NCBI GenBank assembly: GCA_964202905.1
Contig: CAXNJO010000012.1
Span: 32,001-96,000 of the forward strand
DNA: 64,000 bases
Direction: 5' to 3'
Source: Polyangiales bacterium
GTDB lineage: Bacteria > Myxococcota_A > Polyangia > Polyangiales > JADJQN01
Shown here: positions 30,738 to 41,551 of the stretch, piece after piece
Layout of the letters: each line of letters begins with the position of its first letter
How positions within the stretch are numbered: the stretch's first letter is position 1
Made by a program: the position numbers and the translations under genes
Notes under the pieces: generated by a model
What the model saw: only the letters and a program-made list of their open reading frames with translations
Databases searched by the model: none
Told to the model about the DNA's origin: nothing

Positions 30738-32485
30738 GCCGCGTCGCCCTCCCCCTGCGCGGTCTCAGCCGCCCCGCGCCCCGCGGAGCCGGCACGCGCG
30801 GCGTCGGCCTGCGCAGCGCGGGCGGCCTGCCGTGCCCGCCGCGCCTCGACCTCCGCGCGAATCCCGACGACGCGGCGCTCGGTGAGCGCCCACAGGACCG
30901 CGGCGCCGAGCGCGTACAGCCCGAGCGGCGCGATGGCCGCGAACGCCGCCCCGGCGGTCAGGTGTTTGCCGGCGAGCCCCGCAGCGACGAAGAGCGGCGC
31001 GAGCGGCGACAGCCGCGCGAGCAGGGGCACCGACTCGTCGAGCTCCACGAGGGAGCCTGGCGACACGACGAGCTGCGCGAGCAGCGGCAGCACGAGCAGC
31101 ACGACCCAGACGCAGAGCGCGAGCACGCGCGCGGCGAGCCCGCTGCGCAGCACGATCCGCAGCCACGCCGCGAGGCTCGCGATGAAGAGCGTCGACGCGA
31201 CACCACCCAGGAAGATGGTCATCAACGCGACGTCGAAGCGCCAGTGTTCCGCGAAGCGCCGGTCGAGCGCGTGCCGCATCGCTGCGGGCACGAGCGTCGC
31301 GCCCGCGGCCAGCGCGACGACGACGACGGCCGTGAAGCGCAAGGTCGGCGCCGCGCCCGGCCCGAGGAGCGCCGCGAGCGGCCGGGCGCGCGCCGGGGCC
31401 CCACTGTGCGCCGGAGCCCCACTGTGCGCCGGGGCCACCCGCGGCGGCAGGGGCGGCTCGTCGCTGAAGAGCAGCGCGAGCGCCACCGTCCCGGCCATGC
31501 CGACCCCTGCGACGACGAGCCCCGCGGTGGCGCGGTCGTCGGGGCGCGAGATGAGCGCGAGCACGCCCGCCGCGATCGCCCAGACGCCCGCCACCGCGAC
31601 GATCGACCACACCTTGAGCTGCGTGCTGCGATCCTCGGCCGCGGGTTGCACCGCCGCGACGCTCGTCGCGAGGAAGAACCACGTCACCATGACGACGAGG
31701 TACGTCGGCAGCACCACGAGCAGCCCGAACGTGTCCCACTCGCCGAACCGCACGACGATCGCATCGGTGAACCAGAACGGCCCCGCCATCCCCGTGCCCC
31801 AGACGTCGCGGGCCAGCTCGCCGAGCCCCGCGAGCGTGCTCGTCCCGACGATCGCGGCACCGAAGGAGAGCGGCGCCGCGACGACGATCGCGACGCGCGT
31901 CGAGGGCAGCCGCGCGCTCACCGCCACGCCCGCCGCGATGGCCGTCGCGAGCACGTAAAGCAGCCCGACGTAGCCCGTGACGACGTGCCAGGGCGAGATG
32001 CCGCCGAAGAGGAACGCCACGCCGACGACGGGCGCGAGCGCGACCAGCACGAGCGTGAAGGACGCGTAGGCCGCGACGAACTTCCCCCACACGATGCGCC
32101 CCGGGGACATCCCGCTCAGCAGCAGCGACTCGTAGGTGCGCGACTCGCGCTCGCCCGTGATCGTCGTCGCGGCGTAGCCCGGCGCGACCAGCGCGGTCAC
32201 GAGCAGCGCCGTCGCGAAGAACGTCTGGAACACGATCTCGCCCACATCGCCCGGCGCGAGCGGCCCCGCGGCGGCGATCGCCCCGCCCGCGACTACGACG
32301 ACGCCGACGAACGCCGTCGCGACGTAGAGGAAGCGGATGAAGAGGCTCGTGCGGAAGATCGCGCGCAGCTCCCGGACGAGGATCGGGTTCGGGTCGCGCA
32401 GCGCCTCGGTGAGCCGCTGCCGCAGCGCTGCGATCCCCGAGGGCGCCGGCACGGTGGGCGGCGGGAGCGGCGGCGCGGCGCTCAT
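30734..32485 (-). CDS. ABC-2 type permease
   Basis: NPILVRELR, ITGERESRTYESLLLS...IVWGK; many TM helices. Confidence 0.85.
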   Translation of the reverse strand: MSAAPPLPPPTVPAPSGIAALRQRLTEALRDPNPILVRELRAIFRTSLFIRFLYVATAFVGVVVVAGGAIAAAGPLAPGDVGEIVFQTFFATALLVTALVAPGYAATTITGERESRTYESLLLSGMSPGRIVWGKFVAAYASFTLVLVALAPVVGVAFLFGGISPWHVVTGYVGLLYVLATAIAAGVAVSARLPSTRVAIVVAAPLSFGAAIVGTSTLAGLGELARDVWGTGMAGPFWFTDAIVVRFGEWDTFGLLVVLPTYLVVMVTWFFLATSVAAVQPAAEDRSTQLKVWSIVAVAGVWAIAAGVLALISRPDDRATAGLVVAGVGMAGTVALALLFSDEPPLPPRVAPAHSGAPAHSGAPARARPLAALLGPGAAPTLRFTAVVVVALAAGATLVPAAMRHALDRRFAEHWRFDVALMTIFLGGVASTLFIASLAAWLRIVLRSGLAARVLALCVWVVLLVLPLLAQLVVSPGSLVELDESVPLLARLSPLAPLFVAAGLAGKHLTAGAAFAAIAPLGLYALGAAVLWALTERRVVGIRAEVEARRARQAARAAQADAARAGSAGRGAAETAQGEGDAA

Positions 32486-33408
32486 TGCAGGTCTCCGCGC
32501 GTGACCTCGAGGAAGATGCGCTCGAGGTCGTCCTGATCCGGCTCGACGCGCGTGATCGCCAGCCCCGCGCCGACGCCGCGCGCGACCAGCGCCGCGACGA
32601 CGTCGTCTCCGCCCGTGTACGCGACCGCGACGTCGACGCCGCGCCGCGCAACGGACACCACGCCGGGGACCGCGCGGAACGCCTCCTCGCAGCCCTCCGG
32701 CGCGTGCAGCAGCCGGAGCCGCGCGCCGCGATCGGGGCGCAATCGTCGGCCGATCTCGCCCACCAGCCCGTTCGCGAGGACCCGCCCCCGCTCGAGGATG
32801 ACGACCGCGCCGACCATGTCGCTGAGTTCGGTGAGGATGTGCGACGAGAGCACGATCGTCTTGCCGAGCCCGCGCAGCTCCTCGATGAGCCCGCGCATCT
32901 CGATGCGCGCGCGCGGGTCGAGACCGTTCGCCGGCTCGTCGAGCACGAGCACCTGCGGGTCGTGCAGCAGCGTGCGCGCGATCGCGAGGCGCTGCTTCAT
33001 GCCCTTCGACAGATCCGAGACGAGCTTCTCGCGGATCTGCCCGAGCTCGGTCAGGTCCATCACCGCGCGCACCGTCCGATCGCGCGCGCCGAGCGCGACC
33101 CCGTGCGCGGCCGCGAAGAACTCGAGGTACTCCGTCACGGTCACGCGGTCGTACACGCCGAAAGAGTCGGGCATGAAGCCGATGATCCGCCGCGCGTCCG
33201 CAGGCCGCTCGACGACGTCGATCCCGTCGACGAGGATGCGCCCCTCGTCCGGCTCGAGGAGCGTGACCATCATGCGGAGGGTGGTCGTCTTGCCCGCCCC
33301 GTTCGGCCCGATGAAGCCGAAGATCTCGCCCCGCGGGACGTGGAACCACACGTCGCGCAGCACGTGGAAACCGCCGAAATGGTGGGACAGCCCCTCGACG
33401 CGGATCAT
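32482..33408 (-). CDS. ABC transporter ATP-binding protein
   Basis: GPNGAGKTT, LSKGMKQR, LDEPANGLD, SSH. Confidence 0.96.
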   Translation of the reverse strand: MIRVEGLSHHFGGFHVLRDVWFHVPRGEIFGFIGPNGAGKTTTLRMMVTLLEPDEGRILVDGIDVVERPADARRIIGFMPDSFGVYDRVTVTEYLEFFAAAHGVALGARDRTVRAVMDLTELGQIREKLVSDLSKGMKQRLAIARTLLHDPQVLVLDEPANGLDPRARIEMRGLIEELRGLGKTIVLSSHILTELSDMVGAVVILERGRVLANGLVGEIGRRLRPDRGARLRLLHAPEGCEEAFRAVPGVVSVARRGVDVAVAYTGGDDVVAALVARGVGAGLAITRVEPDQDDLERIFLEVTRGDLQ

Positions 33409-35486
33409 TCGGCCTCCTGCGTGGACGGCGGCGGCAGCGCGGCGAGCGGCACGTCCGGGCCGCGCGGCACGATCCGCACGAAGCGGTGCTCCTCGTCGCG
33501 CGCGAACCGGCCCGCGGCGGCGTCGTGGCCCGGTCCCTCGAGGCGCGCGAGGAGCGTCGGGACGGGGGGCGCGGCGGGGCTGCCGCCGAGGAAGAACAGG
33601 AGCCCGCGCAGCAGGTCGAGGTCGTCCTCGGCGGCGAGGCCGAGGCTGCGCGCCAGCGCCGCGACCGCCGGGTCGCTCCCGTCGGCCGGAGCGACCGATC
33701 CCGGCGCCGCGAGCGTCGCGCGCGCGACCGTCGGCACGGGCACGCGGCCCCCCGGCGGCACGTCACCCACCGCGTAGAACGCGCCGAACGGGTCGACGAC
33801 CACCGCGCCGCGCAGCGTGCCCGGGAGCCCGTTGCGGACGAAGGCGAGCCGTGTCCCCACGCGCTCGAACGAGACCGCGCCCCCGAGGTCCGCGACGGAG
33901 TCCTCGCGCGCGACGAGCGTCTGCCAGAGGCGTCCCCGCACCTCCCGCAGCCGCCCCCCAGCGCCGTCGTCGAACGCGACGGGCGGCACGTCCCCGCCCG
34001 CGCCCGGCACCATCGTGATCGCGCTCCCCGGCGCCGCCGCGAGCCCGAAGGCCGCGGGCCGCGTCAGGAAATACGCCGTGTAGCGCCGCGTCGTCGCGCG
34101 CCGCTCGTCTTCCATCGCCTCCGCGAACTCCACGCGGCGGTAGCGCATGCGCACGCCCTTGCCGACGAGCCCGACGGCGAGCATCAGCGCGAGCCCGATC
34201 GCCGCGAGCGCGGGCGTGGTCACCAGCGCGAGCGTCGGGCGGCCGCGGCGCGCGACGAACGCGAAGTTGAGCGGCCCCACCACCACGACGTAGAGCGCGA
34301 GCAGCAGCGCGGCGACCACCAGCCCGACGCGGTAGTTCTCGTTGGGGTCGAGCGCCGCACGGAGCGCGCGGAAGTGCACGCCGCGCTCGATCGAGGCGAA
34401 GAAGGAGGGCTCCGTCGCGCGCTCTTCCTGCCCGCCGTGGCGCAGCAGCGGGGCCGGGGCCGTGGATGCGCTGGCCTCGGCGACGATCGCCTGCACGAGC
34501 GCGCGCACTTCGGGGGACGTCGCGTTCGACGCCGTGTTGGCGTCGTACGCCGCGACGTACACGCGCCCGAAGCCGAGCGCCCGCGAGCAGCCGAACGCCT
34601 CCGCGCGCGCACCCGCACCGCAGCGCAGCCGTACACCCGCCTCGGCGGGCGGCACGAGGCGCGACGCGACGGGGAGCGCGGACGACGCATCCCGCGCGAC
34701 GTCTCCGATCAGACCGCGCAGCGCCGGGTCGCGGAGGTCCCCCTCGGTGCGCGGGATCACGAGCAAGCGACCGCCCGACCGCAGCCAGTCCTCGAACGCG
34801 GAGCGCTGCGTCGCGGACGCGCGCGCGAGGACCGGCGCCTCGGCGACGAGCGCCGCGACGGTGGCGTACGCGACGCTCCGCTCGGGCAGGAGCGGATCCC
34901 CGGTGCGCGGGTCGAGCGTCGCGACGCCGATGGGCACCGGCACGACGCGCGCGCTGCTGGGCATGCCCGGCAGCGGCAGCTCGATCTGCAGATCGAGCAG
35001 CCCGCTCCGCAGGCGTGGTGGATCCGCGAGCAGCACCACGGAGCGCCCGCCCGCCGCGTAGGCGAGCGAGAGCACGCGCGAGGCGTAGCGCCGCCCCTCG
35101 TGCTCGAACGTCCCGGTCAGGCGCGTCCCACCGCTGCCGGCGAACACCGTGAACACCGCGCGGCGACGCGCACCCGGCGGCAGATCGAGCGGCACCTCGT
35201 GGCGCATCCGCGCCCCCTCGCCGAACGCCGGCTCGACCGCCACGACCGCGCGCCCCCGCAGCGTGCGCGACGTGCGGTTGTGCGCCTCGAAGACGACTGC
35301 GTCATGACCATCTTGCAAGAAGGCATCATTGCCGAAGATCCCCTGCAGGGTGACGTCGACGGGCTGCGCCTGCGCCACGACGCGTGGCGGTGCCGCGACG
35401 GCCCCCCACATCGCGAGCGCGAGCCCGATGGCCCAGCCGCCGCGAACCATCCCCCACCGTCCCCGCGGCCGCTGCAGCGCGCTCAT
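33405..35486 (-). CDS. Exported/membrane protein with GATase-like domain
   Basis: Signal peptide, WLRSGGRLLV, TM pair LYVVVVGPLNF; coupled to neighbours by 4-nt overlaps. Confidence 0.75.
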   Translation of the reverse strand: MSALQRPRGRWGMVRGGWAIGLALAMWGAVAAPPRVVAQAQPVDVTLQGIFGNDAFLQDGHDAVVFEAHNRTSRTLRGRAVVAVEPAFGEGARMRHEVPLDLPPGARRRAVFTVFAGSGGTRLTGTFEHEGRRYASRVLSLAYAAGGRSVVLLADPPRLRSGLLDLQIELPLPGMPSSARVVPVPIGVATLDPRTGDPLLPERSVAYATVAALVAEAPVLARASATQRSAFEDWLRSGGRLLVIPRTEGDLRDPALRGLIGDVARDASSALPVASRLVPPAEAGVRLRCGAGARAEAFGCSRALGFGRVYVAAYDANTASNATSPEVRALVQAIVAEASASTAPAPLLRHGGQEERATEPSFFASIERGVHFRALRAALDPNENYRVGLVVAALLLALYVVVVGPLNFAFVARRGRPTLALVTTPALAAIGLALMLAVGLVGKGVRMRYRRVEFAEAMEDERRATTRRYTAYFLTRPAAFGLAAAPGSAITMVPGAGGDVPPVAFDDGAGGRLREVRGRLWQTLVAREDSVADLGGAVSFERVGTRLAFVRNGLPGTLRGAVVVDPFGAFYAVGDVPPGGRVPVPTVARATLAAPGSVAPADGSDPAVAALARSLGLAAEDDLDLLRGLLFFLGGSPAAPPVPTLLARLEGPGHDAAAGRFARDEEHRFVRIVPRGPDVPLAALPPPSTQEAE

Positions 35487-36499
35487 CCGGCGATCGCCGT
35501 CACCGAAGCGGGGACCTCGGGCACCTCGGCGAGCAGCCGGGCGACGATCGCGTCCGTCGTGATCCCCTCGGCCTCCGCCTCGAAGCCCGGGATCAGCCGG
35601 TGCCGCAGCGCTGGCAGCGCGACGCGGCGCACGTCGGCGAACGAGACGTGCTCGCGCCCGGCCATGAGCGCGGCCACCTTCGCCGCGAGCGTGAGCGCCT
35701 GCCCCGCGCGCACGCCCGCGCCGTAGCGCAGCAGCGCCTTCGCGCTCGGGGCCGCGCCGGGCTGCGACGGATCGCTCGCGCGCACGAGCCGCGCGATGTA
35801 GCGCAGGATCGGCTCGGCGATCGGCACGTCGCGCACGCGCGCGCGGATCGCGAGCAGGCGCGGACCATCGAGCACGCGCGGCGCTTCGCTGCGCCCGACA
35901 CCCGTCGTGCGCGAGAGGATCCCGACCAGCGCGTCCTCGTCGGGCTGCGGCACGAGCACCTTGAAGAGGAAGCGATCGAGCTGCGCCTCGGGGAGCGGGT
36001 ACGTGCCCTCCATCTCGATGGGGTTCTCCGTCGCGAGCACGAAGAACGGCTCCTCGAGCGTGTGCCGCGTGCCGGCGATCGTGACCGTCTGCTCCGCCAT
36101 CGCCTCGAGCAGCGCGCTCTGCGTCTTCGGCGTCGCGCGGTTGATCTCGTCGGCGAGCACGAGCTGCCCGAAGATCGGCCCGCGCGAGAGCTCGAAGCGC
36201 TTGCGGCCGCGCTCGTCCTCGACGACGACGTTCGTGCCGACGATGTCGCCGGGCATCAGGTCGGGCGTGAACTGGATGCGCGAGAAGCGCAGCGCCATCG
36301 CCTCCGCGAGCGTGCGCACGAGCAGCGTCTTGCCGAGGCCCGGCGCGCCCTCGAGCAGCACGTGTCCGCCTGCGAAGAGGCAGATGAGCACCTCCTCGAT
36401 GACCGACTCCTGCCCGACGATCACGCACGCGAGCGCGTCCCGCAGCCGCGCGATGTCCCCGTGCACGCCCTCGACGTCCGTCGCTTCCGCAGTCGTCAT
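35483..36499 (-). CDS. moxR: MoxR family AAA+ ATPase
   Basis: GHVLLEGAPGLGKT, RIQFTPDLMP, LADEINRATPKTQSALLEAM, EGTYPLPEAQLDRF. Confidence 0.96.
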   Translation of the reverse strand: MTTAEATDVEGVHGDIARLRDALACVIVGQESVIEEVLICLFAGGHVLLEGAPGLGKTLLVRTLAEAMALRFSRIQFTPDLMPGDIVGTNVVVEDERGRKRFELSRGPIFGQLVLADEINRATPKTQSALLEAMAEQTVTIAGTRHTLEEPFFVLATENPIEMEGTYPLPEAQLDRFLFKVLVPQPDEDALVGILSRTTGVGRSEAPRVLDGPRLLAIRARVRDVPIAEPILRYIARLVRASDPSQPGAAPSAKALLRYGAGVRAGQALTLAAKVAALMAGREHVSFADVRRVALPALRHRLIPGFEAEAEGITTDAIVARLLAEVPEVPASVTAIAG

Positions 36500-36530
36500 C
36501 GTCCCTCCCGTGCCACGCATCGCACCACGT

Positions 36531-38293
36531 TCAAGGCTCGCCGAAGAAGCGTCGGATCTGTGCGCGGTATTCCTCGGGCACCGCGGCCCGCTCGACCGCG
36601 CCCACCTCCCCAGCGACCGCGCCTCCGGTGGCCGTGCCCTCCGCGAGCCCGGCGGGAAGGGCCTGCCCCTCGGGGTTCTCCCAGCTGTCCATGCGCGAGC
36701 TCGGCGTCCCCGTCGGATCGACGAGCGGCCGAACGCGCGCGAGCGCGCCGTCCGTGGCCGCGACCGCCGCCGTCTCGCCGCCGCGCGCCCCCGCCCCCCC
36801 CCCAGAACCCGCGCCCTGACCTGCGCCTGCGCCCTGCCCGGCACCGCCCCCCTGACCCGCGCCTGCGCCCTGCCCGGCACCCGCGCCCTGACCTGCGCCT
36901 GCGCCCTGCCCGGCACCCCGACCCGCGCCTTGCCCGGCGCCAGCAGCCTGGCCCGCCCCCGCGCCGGCGCGCGCGATTGGGACCCCGCGCTGCCCCCCCG
37001 CGGCCGCGCGCGCGACGCGATCGCCGACCGCGTCGAGATCGGCGAGGGCCGCGCGCAGCCTCCGCTCGAGCTCGTCGGCGGTGAGCGGCGCGTCCGCGGC
37101 GGCCTGCGCGTCGCGCGCGGCGGCGTTCTCGGCACGCTGCATGTCGCGCACCGCATTGAGCGAAACGGCGGCGCTCCTCGGCCGAGAGGCGCGACCACGC
37201 CTCGCGCATCGCGTCGACCGTCTCGCGCGTGAGCCCCTCGCCGTCGCCGTCCCGCTCGAGCCGCTCGAGCGCGCGCCGCATCCCTCGGCGCGCAATTCGG
37301 GCATCGACTCCAGCAGCTCGCGCGCGAGCGCGGCCTGCTCCGCGCGGCGCGCGAGCATCGCCTCGCGACGCAGCAGCGACCGCTCGAGCGCCGCGTCGCC
37401 CTCGGCCGCAGCCGCCCCCGCCGCCGCGCGCAGCGCCGCCCGCGCGCGCTCGCGGTCGGCGGTCTGACGACGCGCCGCAGCCCGCGCCACGGCGCGATCG
37501 AGCGCCTCGACCTGCGCTCCGCGACCGCGCGCTGCAGCGCCGTCTCGCCCGCGAGCGCATCGACCGCCGCGTCCGCGCGCGACGTGCGCCGGGCGTCTCG
37601 CGCGACCGCGCCGCCTCGAGCTGCTCCCGCAGCGTTGCACGCGATCCGAGCGCATCCCGAGCCTCGCTCGGCGAGGCCCTGCGCGAGCGCACGCGCCGCA
37701 CGCGCCGCGGCCTCGAGCGCGCGCCGCTCTTCGGGCGTTCGCGCCGCCTCCGGGAGCCGCTCGATCCGGCGCAGCGCCTCACCGCCCGCGAGGCGGACAC
37801 GCGCGGCGTCGGGCTCCGTGGGCGCGGGCTGCGGCCCCGGCACCGCGACGCCAGCGACCGCAGAGCGCCGCGGCGAACGGCACCGCCCACCTCGCGCGCC
37901 CGACGATGCGCGGTCGCACGTCGCCCGGCCGCGCCGCGCGCAGCGCCGCCTCCGCCGCGCGCACCGTGCCGCCGGCGCGGCGTCCCCGCACCGCGCGCGC
38001 TCCCACGCGGTGACGAGCGCAGCCGACGCCCCGAGCCGCCCGTCGAGGTACAGCACCACGTCGGCGTCGCGCGGCTGCCCCCGCCGCGCGAGCGCGAGGC
38101 CGAGCAGCGGGCCGAGCGCGAGCACGCCGAGCCACGGCGCACGCACGAGCCCCGGCACGGTCGCGGCCGCGAGGAGCACCCCCGCGCCGCCCGCGATCGC
38201 GACCCACCCCGACGCCCGCACGACGGCGCGCGCGAGGAGGGCCCGGCGGACGACCGCCACCCACACGTCGAGCCCGTCCACGCCGCGCGACAC
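36531..38293 (-). CDS. Membrane-anchored coiled-coil protein with Gly-rich tail, several frameshifts
   Basis: N-terminal TMs, YLDGRLG..LVTAWE, helical middle, GQGAGA repeats, ERAAVPEEYRAQIRRFF end. Confidence 0.7.
36805..36965 (-). repeat. 18-bp/6-aa tandem repeat (GQGAGA)n
   Basis: AGQGAGRGAGQGAGAGQGAGAGQGAGAGQGGGAGQGAGAGQGAGSGG. Confidence 0.9.
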
Positions 38294-38392
38294 GCTAGCC
38301 CACGCTCACGCGGGCAGAGCCCTTCGACGTCACGGCGCGTACCGACCGACACACGATCGGTGATTCGCGAATCGCATGACGCGAATCTGGGG

Positions 38393-39070
38393 TCACCCGT
38401 CTCCGCGGCCCGCCGCGGTCGCGGGCGGAGGCGCGCCGACCGTCCCCGGCCCCTCCGCACCCGACGCCGCGCCGTCGGACGCACCGAGCGACCGGAGATG
38501 CCGCACGAGCGCCGCGACCCCGCGCGGGTTCACCTGCTGGCCGAACGGCGGCATCGTCCCGCGCCCCTCGACGATCACCTGCGCGAGCGCCTCGTCCGTG
38601 CGCGACGCCTGCCAGGCCGCGGCCGCGAAGCGCGGCATGGCGACACCCGGCGGCCGCGCGGGCCCATCGCCGTCGCCGCCCGCGCCGTGGCACGACGCGC
38701 AGATCACCCCGTAGAGCTCGGCCGCCGCGCGCGCCTCCTGCGCCTCTGGGCTGGATGGCGGCCCGCTGGAGGGCGCCGCTCCCGGATCGCGCACCGCGCC
38801 CGCCGGAGCGGGCTCACCCGCGCCCGGCGCCGCGCTCGGTGCAGCCTGACCGGTGGGTTCGCCGACGCCCGGCTCCGCGTGGTCGCTCGCGCGCCACTCG
38901 CGCACGGCGCGCTCTTCGCGTCCGCACCCCCCCGCCCCGAGCCACAGCGCCGCGGCGAGCGCCCCCGGCCGCGCCACGCTCCACAGCAACCCTGCGCCGG
39001 GCCGCAGCGAGCCGGCGCCGCGCCTCGGCGACGACGGACGCGGTGCATCGAGGCAGTCCGACGGGCGCAT
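38393..39070 (-). CDS. Monoheme cytochrome c lipoprotein
   Basis: Lipobox-like AGGC, CASCH, GRGTMPPFG; start uncertain. Confidence 0.88.
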   Translation of the reverse strand: MRPSDCLDAPRPSSPRRGAGSLRPGAGLLWSVARPGALAAALWLGAGGCGREERAVREWRASDHAEPGVGEPTGQAAPSAAPGAGEPAPAGAVRDPGAAPSSGPPSSPEAQEARAAAELYGVICASCHGAGGDGDGPARPPGVAMPRFAAAAWQASRTDEALAQVIVEGRGTMPPFGQQVNPRGVAALVRHLRSLGASDGAASGAEGPGTVGAPPPATAAGRGDG

Positions 39071-39077
39071 GCGGCCC

Positions 39078-39944
39078 TCAGCTCGCGAGCTCGGCCGTGC
39101 GCTCGGCGAGGTCACGCGTGATCTTGTCGACCGTCTCGTCTTCGAGCCCGAGCAGCGAGCGTCCGATCATCACGAGCACGTCGACCGCGACCGTGTCGAA
39201 GGTCCCTGTGTAGAGGCCGCGCTGCTTGCAGACCGCGTTGGCGAAACGCGTCACGTTGCCGATGCTGAGACGCGCAGTCGGGTCGTAGTCGTCGCAGCGC
39301 TCGATGGCGTCGAGCACCTCCTCGGGGAGGCCCCACTTGCGCGTGAGCGCGCGGCCGACCGGCCGGTGCAGATCCTGCACGATGGTCATCCACTGGTCGG
39401 AGTTCATCCACTCGAGCTTGGTCTTGCCCGTCATGGTCTTCTCGGCCTCGAGAAGCATGATCGCGACCACCGGCTTGCCGACGTCGTGCAGCAGGCCGAC
39501 CTGGTACGCCGCCTCGGGGTCGAGCGAACCGAGCGAGAGCGAGAGATCGCGCGAGAGCAGGGCGACGGCGATGGAGTGCTTCCACAGGCCGCGGAAGGCG
39601 TCGCCGATCCGCCGGTCGCGCGACTGGAAGATCTGCCGCACCGAGACCTGCATCAGGATCGTGCGCAGCTTGTCGAGGCCGACGCGGTTGACCGCCTGGA
39701 GCATCCCCGCCGCCGGCGATCGCGCGCCGAGGGCCACGCTGTTCGCGACCTTCAGCACGCTCGCCGTCGTCACCGGATCACGCTCGACGAGCGCGACGAT
39801 CTCCCCGATCCGCACGTCGGGCATGCGCGTCAGTTCGATGCAGCGCGCAGCGATCGACGGCATCGCGGGCAGCCCGAGGCGATCCCCCTCGATGCGCGCG
39901 AGCATGATCTGCTCGAGCTTGGCCTTGAAATCGTCGATATTCAT
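39078..39944 (-). CDS. HDOD domain protein
   Basis: LPAMP, DPVTTASVLKVANS, LWKHS, GLLHDVGK, KWGLP. Confidence 0.93.
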   Translation of the reverse strand: MNIDDFKAKLEQIMLARIEGDRLGLPAMPSIAARCIELTRMPDVRIGEIVALVERDPVTTASVLKVANSVALGARSPAAGMLQAVNRVGLDKLRTILMQVSVRQIFQSRDRRIGDAFRGLWKHSIAVALLSRDLSLSLGSLDPEAAYQVGLLHDVGKPVVAIMLLEAEKTMTGKTKLEWMNSDQWMTIVQDLHRPVGRALTRKWGLPEEVLDAIERCDDYDPTARLSIGNVTRFANAVCKQRGLYTGTFDTVAVDVLVMIGRSLLGLEDETVDKITRDLAERTAELAS

Positions 39945-39956
39945 CGCGGTTCCGGG

Positions 39957-41057
39957 TCAGGCGCCGCGCGCGTCGGCGAGCGTCTGGAAGAAGCGCACGT
40001 CCGCGGTGTCGGTGAACCCCTTCATGAGTTTCTGCATCTCCGGCGAGCCGATGAGGCGCGTCTCCATGCCGAGCTCGCCCGCGGACTTCCGCATCTCGAC
40101 GATCAGGCGCACCGCTCGGTCCGCCTCGCGGGGCATCTCCGTGACGTCCACGAAGACCGCGTCGTAGCAGCCCTGGGCCGCAGTGCTGAGCGCCTCCTTC
40201 ACGGAGGTGCGGATGCGCGTGAAGTAGCGGTCGATGCCCGAGTCCGCCCCGCACGGCGCGAGCGTGAGGACGTCCCCTTCGACCCGGACGAGCTGCTGCT
40301 TGCGGCCGATCTTCTCGAGCAGCTCGGCCACGGGCTCGGGCTTGAAGGGCTTGGGCAGGTAGCTCTGACAACCCGAGCGCGTCACCTCCTGGCCGACGGT
40401 GTCGGTGCGGAGCGCGATCAGCGCGAAGTGCGCCGCGTCCTGAAGGACCTTCAGCTGCCGCACGACCACGCTCGGCTCGGTGTCGGGGAGCGTGTTGTCA
40501 ACGAGGATCGCTGCGTACTTCTTGCGGCGGCAGAGCTCGAGCGCCTGCGGCACGGTCATGCACCAGTCGAGGACGACGTCGCCCTCCGGGAGCAACGACT
40601 TCAGCTTCGCCGACACGTTCTCCATGTCGTCGATGCAGAGGATGTGCGTCGCGTCCTCGTTGCCCTCGGGCCCCGCCGCGTCGACGACGGCAGGCGGATC
40701 GATCTTGAGGATCTTGCACACCTTGGCGCGCAGCTCCTCGGGCTTCATCGGCTTGAGCATGTAGTCCTGCAGGCCGAGCTTCATCGCCTCGCCGATGATC
40801 GCCGACCCGGACTCCGCCGTGAGCATGATGACCGGCGTCCGATTGCCGCCCTCGCGCATGCGCCGGAGCATCGTGGGACCGTCCATCACGGGCATCGTGA
40901 CGTCGAGCAGCACGAGATCGAAGGGGTTCTCACGCAGCTTCTGCAGCCCCTCCTCGCCATGCTCCGCCTCCTCGAGCTCGAGCTCGAGGGGCGCGAGCTG
41001 CTTGCGCACCATCATGCGGAGGGCCTTGCTGTCGTCGACTGTCAGTACACGCGGCAT
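39957..41057 (-). CDS. Response regulator with two REC domains and a STAS-like C-terminus
   Basis: VDDS...LLDVTMP...KP; IDDM...LVDNTLP...KPF; short alpha/beta tail. Confidence 0.85.
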   Translation of the reverse strand: MPRVLTVDDSKALRMMVRKQLAPLELELEEAEHGEEGLQKLRENPFDLVLLDVTMPVMDGPTMLRRMREGGNRTPVIMLTAESGSAIIGEAMKLGLQDYMLKPMKPEELRAKVCKILKIDPPAVVDAAGPEGNEDATHILCIDDMENVSAKLKSLLPEGDVVLDWCMTVPQALELCRRKKYAAILVDNTLPDTEPSVVVRQLKVLQDAAHFALIALRTDTVGQEVTRSGCQSYLPKPFKPEPVAELLEKIGRKQQLVRVEGDVLTLAPCGADSGIDRYFTRIRTSVKEALSTAAQGCYDAVFVDVTEMPREADRAVRLIVEMRKSAGELGMETRLIGSPEMQKLMKGFTDTADVRFFQTLADARGA

Positions 41058-41079
41058 CGTCAGCTCCTCTTCCCGCTCG

Positions 41080-41533
41080 TCACCCGGTCACCGCCACCCA
41101 AAACCGTACCTCGGCGCTCCCGCTCCGCATGGTCGCGCTGCGCCACCCGTGGTCGATCACGCCCTCGCCGCTCGCGCGGAGCATGCGGGGCAGACCGAGC
41201 GCCTGATCCACGCCGAGCAGGCGTTTGACCTGCCCGGCCACGATGTTGACCAGCTCGCTCAGTGCGTCCTCGATCATGGACGCATCCAGTTCTTCCACGG
41301 GGCAGGAAAACATCGCGCAGCAGAGCGCCGTCGGCGCCAGCGTGATCCGACGACAGGGCGATCGTCAACGGTCGCGGACCGTCGATCGGCAACACCGCGG
41401 TGTGCCAGACCTGCGAGTGCGACCACGGCGTCGTCGCGAGCGGCTCCGAGAGGCTGAAGGTCATCCCGAACATCGTGCTCGTGACACCCGACACCAGCTT
41501 CGCGAGCGTCTCGGGGCTCGGCAGATCTCTCAT
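41080..41533 (-). CDS. cheX: CheX-like phosphatase, frameshift near 41335
   Basis: VTSTMFG...AVLPIDG in one frame; EDALSELVNIVAGQVK...LGLP in the next. Confidence 0.8.
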
Positions 41534-41551
41534 CGTCTTCCCCGCTCTCCT

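Noticed and set aside
31395..31435. 18-bp tandem duplication (APAHSG x2); similar 15-bp duplication near 49570
   Set aside because: Short in-frame slippage in linkers with no evident function
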